DNA of 62,833 bases, counting the filler. It is 4 parts of 4 records of this genome, joined end to end, with 100 filler letters (N's around TTAATTAATTAA, not from the genome) between each part and the next. Parts side by side here need not be neighbours in the genome. Positions count along the whole stretch, not along the records: positions 30,369 to 56,644 come from DRR723986_3140; positions 56,745 to 62,833 come from DRR723986_3416; 2 more parts are not named here. The stretch is one strand, 5' to 3'. The notes under the pieces are model-generated. The model had not been told where the DNA came from. It ran no database searches and was given only the letters and a program-made list of their open reading frames with translations. Positions within the stretch are counted from its first letter, which is position 1; every line of letters starts with the position of its first letter. This document shows, piece by piece, positions 50,018 to 60,066 of the stretch. Position numbers and translations under genes: made by a program.

Positions 50018-53000
50018 CTAGCTGGCCAGGTTCTTCTGGTTGGCCGCTTCAAACACCTGCAGCCCGCCGAACTTCAGCCGATCGAGCGCCTCACTCACTT
50101 CTTCCGGGATACTCCGGACAAGTTTGGACGTCGGTGCGGGCATTCCGATCAGATAACCCTGAGCTTCGTGGCATCCGCGCTGTGCCAACAGGCAGAGCTT
50201 TTCCGTGTCTTCCACGCCTTCGGCGACGACGCGCATCTTGAGAGCCTTGCCGAGCCTGACCACCGTTTCGATGATCGCCAATGAACCGTAATTGCGCTGT
50301 GCTTCGGAAACGAAGGACCGGTCGATCTTGATGCAATCGAAGGGAAAGCGGCTCAGGTAGCTGAGGGACGAATAACCGACGCCGAAATCGTCCAGCGCTA
50401 TTTTCACCCCGATTTCCTTCAGGCGTGTCAGCACCGCCAATGCTCTGGCGTCGTCTTCAATCAGGGTGTTTTCTGTGATTTCCAGTTCGATCCGTCCTGC
50501 CGGAACACCTGACGTTTCGATGGCTCTGCGAACGTCATCTACAAAATCCCGATCACGGAACTGAACCGGGCTGACGTTGATGCTGATGCTGGCAGTCGTG
50601 ATTGTCGAGGAGGCTATCCTCAAGGCTTCAGCCAACACATACTTGCCGATCGGAACGATCTGTCCGGAAGCCTCCGCGACGGGAATGAACTCGGCAGGAC
50701 TGACAAGTCCTCGCTCGGGATGGTTCCAGCGGATGAGCGCTTCATAGCTGACGATACGCGCGGTTGCCAGGCACATGCGCGGCTGGAAAAACAACTCGAA
50801 TTCGCCCGCCGAGAGTGCCGTATTCATGTCCTTTTCCAAGGCCCTGCGCTGACGGACTTCATCCCCCATGCCCGGCTGGAAGACACAATAGGTATGCCGT
50901 CCGCCGTTCTTGGCATTGTAAAGCGCGATGTCGGCATTGGAGATGACCTGGTCTTCGGCGTCGTATCCGGTCATCAGCGCAACACCGATGCTTGCACCCG
51001 GTTTCAGAATTAGCCCGTGACCACAGTCGATCGGCTCCGACAGGGACTTGACCAGACGCATGGCCATATCCTCTGCCTGATTGGCGAATTGGATGCCGTT
51101 CTGGATGATCGCAAACTCATCGCCGCCGAGGCGTGAAACGGTATCGCCGTGGCGGCACGAGTGGCGCAAACGCTCGGCGGTGACCCGGATAACGATGTCA
51201 CCGACCGGGTGACCGTGCAGATCGTTGATATCCTTGAAGCGGTCCAGATCGATGATCAGAAGGGCTGCCGACATACCGTGCTGCTTGCACTTGCCGATGG
51301 TCTGTTTGAGCTCGGCATTGAAGACGGCGCGATTGGGCAGGTCCGTCAACGGATCGTGCTGGGCAAGGTGCAGGATCTGTGCCTCAGCCTTCTTGCGCTC
51401 CCTCAGGTCAACCAGAGCGGAGACGCGGGTCGGAATGCCGCGATAGGAAATGACACGGGTGCGGATCTCGACGGGCACACGCTCGCCGGAGCGGTTGATC
51501 AGAGTGACTTCCCTCGGTTCCTTTTCCGCCTTGACCAGATGCTCCTCGAGCGTGCCGGCGAGTTCATTATCGACAAACTCGTACAGTCCGCGCATCTCGA
51601 GTTCGTCGATCGGATAGCCGATGAGATCCTCGAAGGTCTTGTTACCGTCCAGGATCCGTCCGTCGACCGAAATGACGATTGCATCGAATGTGGCGTTGGC
51701 AAGGGCCGACAGTCGTTCGGCCTCTTCGCGCGTGCGCTTGGCATCTGCGGCACGATTGTGAGCCTGTTCCTCATTCTGAACGGTATCCATGAGCGCATTG
51801 AACAGTCGCGTCAGGCGCTCTGAATCATCGCCCTTGGCAACTTCCAGCCTCATGGAAAGGTCCGCCTTGCCGGCAATCAGGCGATCAAGGGCATCTTCCA
51901 CATGTCCGATACCGAGCCGCGTGCCGTGCTCCGCCTCGTTGAGGCCAAGATCCTCACTTGCAAGGTCGAGCCGGATCGGCTGCATCTTGTTCAGGACGGA
52001 CAGGACAAGCCAACCGGACCCGAAACTCCAGACAAAGCAGGCAAGCGCTCCGGTGAACTGAACCAGAAACTGCGGTAGATGAGCTCCCAGCGGCAACTGG
52101 TCTGCGGGTGCCAGAAGCGCCAGGCCCAGCGTACCGGCAACGCCTGAAAATCCGTGTACGCTGATTGCGCCGACGGGATCGTCAATCTTCAGGACACGTT
52201 CCAGAAGGACCGCACCGAAAATGGCAACGGCACCACCGGCAGCGCCGATCACCAGTGCACCGACCGGGGTCAGAAGATGGCAACCGGCAGTCACAGCAAC
52301 CAGACCACCCAATAGCCCCGAGATCGAGTTTTCCGGCAGAATGACCTTGTCTTTCTGACGGCCAAGAAGATACCCCGCCCCGGTGCCAGCCGCAGCGGCA
52401 AGAACGGTGTTGGCGAGGATCATCGGCACATGCCAGGAGGCGGCCAGTGTGGAGCCGCCGTTGAAGCCAAGCCAGCCGACAAAAAGGATCAACGCACCAG
52501 ACGTTGCAAGAACGGAACTGTGGCCCTGAATGCGATAGGCCCGCCCGTCGACTCCGAAGCGGCCGGATCTCGGCCCCAGGATCACACAGGCAGCCAGCGC
52601 GATCCATGCGCCCGTGCCATGGACCACCGTTGACCCGGCGAAATCGACAAAGCCGATGTTGGCAAGCATTGCCGTGGCATCTGAAAACAGCGCCTGTCCC
52701 CAGGCCCAATGCGCAAACACGGGATAGATCAGCCCGGCAGTCAGCACGGAACACCAGATATACGCCGAAAGGCGCATGCGTTCAGCCACCGCACCGGAAA
52801 TGATTGTTGCCGCCGTACCGCAGAACATGACCTGGAAGGCGAAGATGGTCAGGCCCCAGGGATCAAGGTCGGACAGACCGAACAGCCGCGTGTCAAATCC
52901 CGCAAACCAGCTTCCGCCGGCGCCGAATGCCAGCGAAAAGCCAAAGACCGCAAAGATCAGAACGGAGACGGCGAGATCGAGAAGGTTCTTCTGGGCAACG

Positions 53001-53212
53001 TTGATCGAATTCTTGGAACGGACGAGGCCAGCTTCCAACAACATGAAACCAACTTGCATCAACAAAACCAGCCCGGCTGCAAACAGCACCCAGACCATGT
53101 CCAGGCTCTTCTGGAAAGTCGCCAGCTCCATTGTCTGCGCGGCCATTGCCGGCCCCGCCGCCAGAATACCGGCACCGCAGAGAACGGATCTTGTGTATGC
53201 CGCCCGGCTCAT
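50018..53212 (-). CDS. Ammonium transporter (Amt) fused to HAMP-like linker, PAS, GGDEF and EAL domains
   Basis: MQVGF.LLEAG, FQVMF, SGAVAER, AHWAWG, DFAGSTVVH, GWLGFNGGS, DDPVGAISVHG; HDPLTDLPNR, DLDRFKDIND, RLGGDEF; EALIRW, DDFGVGYSSL, IKIDRSF, EGVE, QGY. Confidence 0.95.
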   Translation of the reverse strand: MSRAAYTRSVLCGAGILAAGPAMAAQTMELATFQKSLDMVWVLFAAGLVLLMQVGFMLLEAGLVRSKNSINVAQKNLLDLAVSVLIFAVFGFSLAFGAGGSWFAGFDTRLFGLSDLDPWGLTIFAFQVMFCGTAATIISGAVAERMRLSAYIWCSVLTAGLIYPVFAHWAWGQALFSDATAMLANIGFVDFAGSTVVHGTGAWIALAACVILGPRSGRFGVDGRAYRIQGHSSVLATSGALILFVGWLGFNGGSTLAASWHVPMILANTVLAAAAGTGAGYLLGRQKDKVILPENSISGLLGGLVAVTAGCHLLTPVGALVIGAAGGAVAIFGAVLLERVLKIDDPVGAISVHGFSGVAGTLGLALLAPADQLPLGAHLPQFLVQFTGALACFVWSFGSGWLVLSVLNKMQPIRLDLASEDLGLNEAEHGTRLGIGHVEDALDRLIAGKADLSMRLEVAKGDDSERLTRLFNALMDTVQNEEQAHNRAADAKRTREEAERLSALANATFDAIVISVDGRILDGNKTFEDLIGYPIDELEMRGLYEFVDNELAGTLEEHLVKAEKEPREVTLINRSGERVPVEIRTRVISYRGIPTRVSALVDLRERKKAEAQILHLAQHDPLTDLPNRAVFNAELKQTIGKCKQHGMSAALLIIDLDRFKDINDLHGHPVGDIVIRVTAERLRHSCRHGDTVSRLGGDEFAIIQNGIQFANQAEDMAMRLVKSLSEPIDCGHGLILKPGASIGVALMTGYDAEDQVISNADIALYNAKNGGRHTYCVFQPGMGDEVRQRRALEKDMNTALSAGEFELFFQPRMCLATARIVSYEALIRWNHPERGLVSPAEFIPVAEASGQIVPIGKYVLAEALRIASSTITTASISINVSPVQFRDRDFVDDVRRAIETSGVPAGRIELEITENTLIEDDARALAVLTRLKEIGVKIALDDFGVGYSSLSYLSRFPFDCIKIDRSFVSEAQRNYGSLAIIETVVRLGKALKMRVVAEGVEDTEKLCLLAQRGCHEAQGYLIGMPAPTSKLVRSIPEEVSEALDRLKFGGLQVFEAANQKNLAS

Positions 53213-53298
53213 GATGTATTTGCCCCGTCGTTCGAAAACACAGGCATGATTTCGCCGAGAGGTTAATTCTGTCTTGCTAATTTTGTCAGGTCTTTTAC

Positions 53299-53315
53299 TG
53301 CAAAATGGATGCCCA
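53299..53315 (-). promoter_or_regulatory. Putative sigma54 (-24/-12) promoter of the Amt-GGDEF-EAL gene
   Basis: Minus strand TGGGCATCCATTTTGCA = GG-N10-GC, about 87 nt upstream of the ATG. Confidence 0.65.
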
Positions 53316-53443
53316 TTTCTTCAGCAATCTCGCCTAAGTTCAAATGAACAAAACTCTAAATTTAACTAACTGAAATAATTGATCAAATTCGCCTCAACCA
53401 CGCCAGCGCCAACGCAGTACCGGGCATATTCCCGCAGAAAACA

Positions 53444-53460
53444 TGCTCAAAATTAAAGCA
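53444..53460. promoter_or_regulatory. Putative NtrC-type enhancer site
   Basis: 17-bp TGCTCAAAATTAAAGCA (TGC-N11-GCA, AT-rich core) about 130 nt upstream of the -24 element. Confidence 0.45.
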
Positions 53461-53574
53461 GCTAACAATCTGTAAAATCTGAAGAATTTCTGCTGCCACT
53501 TGCCAGCAGGCGGTTTCACATCAACTCACACAAGTGGATTGCAGGGGCATCTAATTCAGCAGCAATGCAGTGTT

Positions 53575-54666
53575 CTAACCGGAAGTCCCATCAGCAAGCG
53601 CGCATGCCCGCCCGGCAATGGCCTCACCAGTTCCTGCAACAGCTGCCTCCGCCTGGCGCACCGCGACCACACCCTTGAGCCGGGCAGTCAGCCACGTCCA
53701 GTCTTGAGGATCCACCCTCACCTCTCCCGTTGCACTACGCGGAGGGATCTCCCGGAAGCCATCGTCCTGGGCGTCGGCAATTGCAAAGCGGAAAACATAG
53801 TTCGGGGTCATGCCCATGCGCAGATCGGAAATGACGAGCTTTCCGTCGTCCAATTCGGCCCTGTAGTAGCCACGGCTGAACCAGTCCAGTTTCCGGAAGG
53901 CTTGCGTATCTTCAACACAGGCAACGAGTTCCGGGTGTCGCGGATGGGTATAGATCTCCGGTTTCCCGCCCTCGTCCAGAAGCGAATAATACAGGTTGTC
54001 GTAGCGGTCTTCCTGAAGGCCGATAACCTTCCAGACGAGAATGTTGAAGGGAGCCGCAATTGCAAAAACCTTGTCCGGAAGAATGCCTTCCTGCCTGAAC
54101 AGATCCTGCGCCTTCTGCTCGACATGACGCTGAAGGACGACGCTCAGGCCAAGATATCCGGTCGAAACCACCAGCGCAGCCGTCATCCAGGCCTGAAAGC
54201 GCCGTGTCCAGTTTTTCCTGAACAGATCCCAGATCACGACGGCCAGAAGAGGCAGGGTATAGAGCGGATCAATAATAAACACCGACCCGACGCCGACGGG
54301 ATCCGGATAAAAAGGCCAGAACAGCCGCGTGCCGTAGACCGTCATTGCATCAATGCCTGCATGGGTGGCAAGACACAGGAAGACAGTGAGCCAGGTCAGC
54401 CAGCGGCAGTCCCTCAGGCCCTTGAACAGTCTTATCAGCCCCTCGCCCAACAATGGCGCCGCCAATACATGTACAAAGACCGAATGGGTCCAGCCGCGAT
54501 GGTAGACGAAACTGTCGATGGGATCGTCATACGGAATCAGGACATCCAGGTCCGGCAACGTCCCGAGGACCCCGCCGATAAGAGCAGCCTTTCTGGGGCC
54601 AAGTTTTTTGCCAAGGAGTGCTGTGGAGACGGCTGCGCCGAGAACAAACTGGGTAAGAGAATCCAT
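53575..54666 (-). CDS. Membrane-bound metal-dependent hydrolase (YdjM-like family)
   Basis: MDSLTQFVLGAAV, LPDLDV, HRGWTHS, THAGIDAMTVYGT, FIIDPLYT. Confidence 0.9.
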   Translation of the reverse strand: MDSLTQFVLGAAVSTALLGKKLGPRKAALIGGVLGTLPDLDVLIPYDDPIDSFVYHRGWTHSVFVHVLAAPLLGEGLIRLFKGLRDCRWLTWLTVFLCLATHAGIDAMTVYGTRLFWPFYPDPVGVGSVFIIDPLYTLPLLAVVIWDLFRKNWTRRFQAWMTAALVVSTGYLGLSVVLQRHVEQKAQDLFRQEGILPDKVFAIAAPFNILVWKVIGLQEDRYDNLYYSLLDEGGKPEIYTHPRHPELVACVEDTQAFRKLDWFSRGYYRAELDDGKLVISDLRMGMTPNYVFRFAIADAQDDGFREIPPRSATGEVRVDPQDWTWLTARLKGVVAVRQAEAAVAGTGEAIAGRACALADGTSG

Positions 54667-54817
54667 CTACTGCCTTGGATCTGAACCGGAAGATAAGCCG
54701 GATATGTGCGGCGGAAGCATGCGAATGACAAGGGTATTGGTCGAATTGATTTCCCTAACCACCAAAAAGCCTTCGGTCTGAGGCGATTGTCTTGCCTTGT
54801 CATAACCTTGAAATGAC

Positions 54818-54850
54818 AAACGCCCCGCGGCCTATCGGGCGCAGGGCGTT
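54818..54850 (-). terminator. Probable terminator after ilvD
   Basis: AACGCCC...GGGCGTT imperfect GC-rich hairpin with a short U tract on the minus strand. Confidence 0.5.
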
Positions 54851-54887
54851 GCAGTTTCGGTATGCCGAATTTCAGTTCAGCTCGTCG

Positions 54888-56644
54888 TCAGTCGACCACC
54901 CGGAAGGCGCCCTTGGAAGCGCTGGTGGTCAGTTTGGCGTAGGCGCGAAGTGCCGTTGAAACCTTGCGCTTGCGGATCTCGACCGGCTTCCAGGCCTGAT
55001 CGCCCTTTGCTTCCATTGCAGCGCGGCGTTCGGCAAAGACTGAATCCGGCAGATCGACTTTCAGAACACGGTTCGGAATATCGATCACGATAGGATCGCC
55101 TTCCTCAACCAGACCGATAGCGCCGCCTTCGGCAGCTTCCGGCGAAATGTGGCCAATGGACAGGCCCGAAGAACCACCCGAGAAACGGCCATCAGTGATT
55201 AACGCGCAGGCTTTGCCGAGTCCCTTGGATTTCAGGTAGCTGGTCGGATAGAGCATTTCCTGCATGCCCGGACCACCGCGCGGACCTTCGTAGCGGATCA
55301 GCACCACGTCGCCTTCCTTGACCTTGTTGGTCAGGATCGCGGAGACGGCACTGTCCTGGCTCTCGAAGATCCGAGCCGGACCGGAAAACTTCAGGATGCT
55401 TTCGTCAACACCGGCAGTCTTCACCACACAGCCATCCTCGGCAATGTTGCCGTAAAGCACGGCGAGGCCGCCGTCCTTGCTGTAGGCATGTTCCGCCTCG
55501 CGGATGACACCGGTCTTGCGGTCGATGTCGAGATCGTCCCAGCGACGCTCCTGGCTGAAGGCAACCTGTGTCGGCACACCGCCCGGTGCTGCACTGAAGA
55601 ACTTGTGCACGCTCTCGGAGTTCGTCTGGCGGATATCCCAACGCGAGAGTGCTTCCTTCATCGTGGCCGAATGAACTGTCGGAAGGTCGGTATGGAGCAG
55701 CCCTGCCCGGTCCAGTTCACCGAGAATACCCATGATGCCGCCCGCCCGGTGGACGTCTTCCATGTGGATGTTTTCGACCGCGGGCGCGACCTTGCAGAGC
55801 ACTGGAACCTGTTTCGACAGACGGTCGATGTCATCGATGGTGAAGCCGATTTCGCCTTCATGGGACGCTGCCAGAAGGTGCAAGATCGTGTTGGTGGATC
55901 CGCCCATGGAGATATCGAGGCTCATGGCGTTCTCGAACGCCTTGAAGTTCGCAATGTTCCGCGGCAGCACGCTTTCGTCGTCCTGCTCGTAGTAGCGTTT
56001 AGCAAGATCGACGATCAGATGCCCCGCTTCCACGAAAAGCCGTTCGCGATCTGCGTGGGTAGCCAGCGTCGAGCCGTTGCCCGGCAAGGCCAGGCCAAGG
56101 GCTTCCGTCAGGCAGTTCATGGAGTTCGCCGTGAACATGCCCGAGCAGGAGCCGCATGTCGGGCAGGCATTCTGTTCCATTGTCAGAACGTCTGCATCGG
56201 ACATCCGGTCGTCGGCAGCGGCAATCATTGCGTCGATCAGGTCGACAGACTTGGCAACGCCATTTTCCAGCACCACCTTGCCGGCTTCCATCGGCCCGCC
56301 GGAAACGAAGACAACCGGAATGTTGAGCCGCATGGCAGCGTTCAGCATGCCCGGGGTAATCTTGTCGCAGTTGGAAATACAGACCAGCGCATCCGCGCAA
56401 TGGCCGTTGACCATGTATTCAACCGCATCGGAAATCACTTCGCGCGAGGGCAGCGAATAGAGCATGCCATCGTGACCCATGGCGATACCGTCATCGACCG
56501 CGATGGTGTTGAATTCCTTGGCGACACCGCCAGCCTTTTCCACTTCTCGGGCAACCAGCTGGCCGAGGTCCTTCAGATGGACGTGGCCCGGCACAAATTG
56601 TGTGAAGGAGTTGGCGATGGCGATGATCGGCTTGCCGAAGTCGT
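54888..56644 (-). CDS. ilvD: Dihydroxy-acid dehydratase (5'-truncated at contig end)
   Basis: [80 protein letters not shown]. Confidence 0.97.
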
Positions 56645-56744
56645 NNNNNNNNNNNNNNNNNNNNNNNNNNNNNNNNNNNNNNNNNNNNTTAATTAATTAA
56701 NNNNNNNNNNNNNNNNNNNNNNNNNNNNNNNNNNNNNNNNNNNN
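56645..56744. other. Artificial contig linker
   Basis: N44-TTAATTAATTAA-N44. Confidence 0.99.
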
Positions 56745-57191
56745 CATCTTGCGGCGGCCAAAGCGGATCCATTCCAGTTCCAGCAATTGATCCACAGTCC
56801 CGCGCGACACGGAAACGCCGCGAATTTCCTCGATCTCGGCCCGTGTCACGGGTTGATGATACGCAATGATCGCCAGCGTTTCGATCGCGGCGCGGCTCAG
56901 CTTTCGCACCTCAACCGTTTCTTTTTGCATCAAAAATCCAAGGTCCGGCGCCGTGCGCATGGCATAACCGTCGCCCACACGCACCACCTGCACGCCGCGC
57001 CCCTCATAACGTTTGCGCAGATGCACCATCGCCTCAGCCGGATCACAGCCATGCGGCATCCGCGCGGCCAGATCCTTGAGCGTGATCGGATCGGAGGTGG
57101 CAAAAAGCACCGCTTCGATCATGCGTTCCTGCTCGGCCATGGGGGGCGCTTCAAACAGGCTTTCTTCGATGTCTGGGCTGTCTTCGGCCAC
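56745..57191 (-). CDS. scpB: SMC-Scp complex subunit ScpB (3'-truncated)
   Basis: IEAVLFA, LSRAAIETLAIIAYHQPVTRAEIEEIRGV. Confidence 0.95.
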
Positions 57192-57194
57192 GTT

Positions 57195-57980
57195 CTATTC
57201 CTTCTTGCGCAACTGGATCGGCGCAAACAGCTCTGTCTGCCGGATTTCCAGATGGCCTTCTTTTACCAGTTCCAGTGAGGCCGCAAAGGTTGATGCCGTG
57301 GCAGAGCGGCGGCGCACTGGGTCACTTTCCCAACCCTCGGGCAGATAGCTGGTCAAATCCGACCAATCCCCCGCATAGCCGATCAGCCCGCGCATCCGGT
57401 CCAGCGCCTGTTCCATGGTAAAGACCGCATCGCGGTCCATCACAAAGGGGCGGAAATCATCGCGGGTGCGAATTCGGGCATAGCCCTGCATCAGGTCCAG
57501 CAATGTCGCGGTATAGGTCACCCGCCGCACCTGCTTGACCTCATGGGTCTGCCCGCGGGCAAAAAAATCACGGCCCAGCTGATCCCGCGCCATCAGGCGG
57601 GCGGCGGCATCGCGCATGGCCTGCAACCGCTCAAGCTGAAACGCCAAATGCGCGGCCAGTTCTTCGCCGGACGGGCCCTCTTCGTCGGGGTCGGGCGGCA
57701 ACAACAGACGGGATTTCAAAAACGCCAGCCAGGCGGCCATCACCAGATAATCCGCTGCCAGCTCCAGCCGAAGCGCCTTGGCCCTTTCCACAAAGGCCAG
57801 ATATTGCCGCGCCAGTTGCAACACCGAAATCTTGCGCAGATCGACCTTTTGCGTCCGGCTCAGCGACAGCAGCAGATCCAGCGGCCCTTCATAGCCGTCA
57901 ACATCCACAATCAGCGCTTCCGCCGCGAGGCGGTCCGCCACTGAAACGGCGTCTTCTTCGAATAGTGAGGTGTCAGCCAT
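57195..57980 (-). CDS. scpA: Segregation and condensation protein ScpA
   Basis: YEGPLDLLL, AADYLVMAAWLAFLKSRLLLP, FAASLELVK..Q..FAPI. Confidence 0.95.
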   Translation of the reverse strand: MADTSLFEEDAVSVADRLAAEALIVDVDGYEGPLDLLLSLSRTQKVDLRKISVLQLARQYLAFVERAKALRLELAADYLVMAAWLAFLKSRLLLPPDPDEEGPSGEELAAHLAFQLERLQAMRDAAARLMARDQLGRDFFARGQTHEVKQVRRVTYTATLLDLMQGYARIRTRDDFRPFVMDRDAVFTMEQALDRMRGLIGYAGDWSDLTSYLPEGWESDPVRRRSATASTFAASLELVKEGHLEIRQTELFAPIQLRKKE

Positions 57981-58977
57981 GAGATGCCCCGCCCAGAAGC
58001 GTCTCAAGCTGCGCATCAAGGGCGGAAATGTCAATATCTTCGGGTGTTTTGCGCATGCCAAGCGCCCGCTCCGCGCGGGTTTGGGCGGCGGGGGTCATCT
58101 CGCCTGCGGCCTCGGCCACGGCGATGCGGTCGGCCAGCGGCGCGTTGCAATAAAGGATCACATCACAGCCCGCCGCAACAGCAGCGGCGGCATTCTCGGG
58201 CGGCGTGCCGCTGAGCGCTTTCATCGAGATGTCATCGGTCATGATCAGGTTGTCAAAACCGATCTCTTCGCGGATCAGGTGCATGACCTTGGGGGACAGG
58301 GTCGCCGGGCGATAGTCAAGCGCCTCATAGACCAGATGCGCGGTCATGCCCATCGGCAAGTCATTGAGCGCCTTAAAGGGCGCAAAATCGCTGCGGCGCA
58401 GATCGGCGATCTGTGCCTCGACCAATGGCAGATCAAAATGGCTGTCCATCGTGGCGCGGCCATGGCCCGGCATGTGTTTCATCACTGGCAGCACACCGCC
58501 ATCCATAAGCCCCCTGGCCGCCGCGCGGGCCACTTTGATCACCCGCTCGGGGTCACTGCCGTAACAGCGGTTGCGCAGAAACGGATGGGTCTGCGGCCCG
58601 GCAATATCCACCATTGGCGCACAATTGCTATCCACCCCGCAGCTGCGCAGCTCATGCGCGATGGTGCGGTACATCAGATACATCGCCTCTTCGGCGCGGT
58701 CCCCGGCGAGGGCGACAAATTCCAGCGGCGGTTGCCACTCACGCCAATGCGGGGCGCGCATGCGTTGTACGCGGCCGCCCTCTTGATCAATGGTGATCAC
58801 CGCATCGCGGCCCACGGCCTCGCGCATGTCACCGCAAAGCGCCCGCAATTGGTCCGGGCTGTCGATGTTGCGGGCAAAGACAATAAATCCAAAGGGATCG
58901 GCATCACGGAAAAACGCCTTTTCCTCGGCCGTGAGCCGCAGCCCATCTGCATCAAGGATGGTGGCTCCAAACCCCAT
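57973..58977 (-). CDS. nagZ: Beta-N-acetylhexosaminidase (GH3)
   Basis: FARN, IDQEGGRVQR, KHMPGHG...DSH, MTAH, TDDISM. Confidence 0.93.
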   Translation of the reverse strand: MGFGATILDADGLRLTAEEKAFFRDADPFGFIVFARNIDSPDQLRALCGDMREAVGRDAVITIDQEGGRVQRMRAPHWREWQPPLEFVALAGDRAEEAMYLMYRTIAHELRSCGVDSNCAPMVDIAGPQTHPFLRNRCYGSDPERVIKVARAAARGLMDGGVLPVMKHMPGHGRATMDSHFDLPLVEAQIADLRRSDFAPFKALNDLPMGMTAHLVYEALDYRPATLSPKVMHLIREEIGFDNLIMTDDISMKALSGTPPENAAAAVAAGCDVILYCNAPLADRIAVAEAAGEMTPAAQTRAERALGMRKTPEDIDISALDAQLETLLGGASHG

Positions 58978-59990
58978 CAGCGTGTCACCACGGGAATACA
59001 ATCGGCGTTTTCGGCCACCAAGGCCGAACAGAACCGCCGCGCATCGGCAATGTCTTCAAACCCCATCGCCCGCAAGCGATAGAAGACGCGTCCGCCGCTG
59101 GTGGCCTTTTGCACGATGCGGCTTTTGCCCTCAAGGTAGACACCAAAGCGGCCCTTGATCTGGTCCCATTGTTCGCGGGCCACATCTGCGCTGTCGAACG
59201 CGCCCAACTGGGCCAAACGGGTGCCCGCGGGCAAAGTCGCGGGGTCAATGTCTTGGGTTTCCTGCGGCGCAGCCGGGGCCAACGAGGCAGGCACAATCAC
59301 CGGCATGTTGGCGGGCCGTTTGCGCGGACGCAGCGAATGCCGCACACCGGGCGCATCCAAAACCGCGGCCAATTTCTTTTCGGCGGCCTGCACTTCGGCA
59401 ACGGCCTGTTTTACGGCTGTCTTGGTCGGCTTGGCGGCGGTGTCATCCAGATCAGACAATGGCGCAACACCTTCCGTCAATTGCGCGACCAGATCATCCA
59501 CATTCCCCGATTGCAGCGCGGCAGATACGTCCAAGGCAGGCTGCGCGGCATCGGGGGTTAGCGCAGCGGGGGCCTCGATCGGGGCCTGTGGCGCCTGTGC
59601 AACCATCGCCGCTGTGATCACCTGATCCTCATCGGCAAGATCCAGCGCAGCGGGGGCCAGATGCAGCTCATCTGCGGGGCGGCCAGCGGTACCTTCGGCG
59701 GCGACCTCATTGACCGACAGGCCCTGATGCTGGGCAAATACGCCGCCCGGCTCTTCGGGGCGCACGCGCATCTCGCCGCTGACCGCGCGGACCACAGGAA
59801 TGCCGGACACATCACGCACCAGCAGCTTATAGCCCCAGACTCCGATCCCGATCACAAGCGCCAAAGACACCACAGCGCCCGCCACATTGGTGAACGTTGT
59901 CAATGCGTTAACGGGCTGTTCCGTCACGTAGATGGATGCGGATTCATCTGCGTAATCCCCCGAAACGGGAGAGGACGTAAAATCTGCCAT
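58977..59990 (-). CDS. SPOR domain cell-division protein
   Basis: One TM, Ala/Pro-rich linker, C-terminal AQLGAFDS...FYRLRAMGF...FCSAL...CIPV. Confidence 0.9.
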   Translation of the reverse strand: MADFTSSPVSGDYADESASIYVTEQPVNALTTFTNVAGAVVSLALVIGIGVWGYKLLVRDVSGIPVVRAVSGEMRVRPEEPGGVFAQHQGLSVNEVAAEGTAGRPADELHLAPAALDLADEDQVITAAMVAQAPQAPIEAPAALTPDAAQPALDVSAALQSGNVDDLVAQLTEGVAPLSDLDDTAAKPTKTAVKQAVAEVQAAEKKLAAVLDAPGVRHSLRPRKRPANMPVIVPASLAPAAPQETQDIDPATLPAGTRLAQLGAFDSADVAREQWDQIKGRFGVYLEGKSRIVQKATSGGRVFYRLRAMGFEDIADARRFCSALVAENADCIPVVTR

Positions 59991-60066
59991 GTCTGCCTCA
60001 CTGCCCGCAGAATACGATGCCCTGCGGGGCTGATCTTGGGTTGCCTGTGATCGGCGCGTTGGTGCG

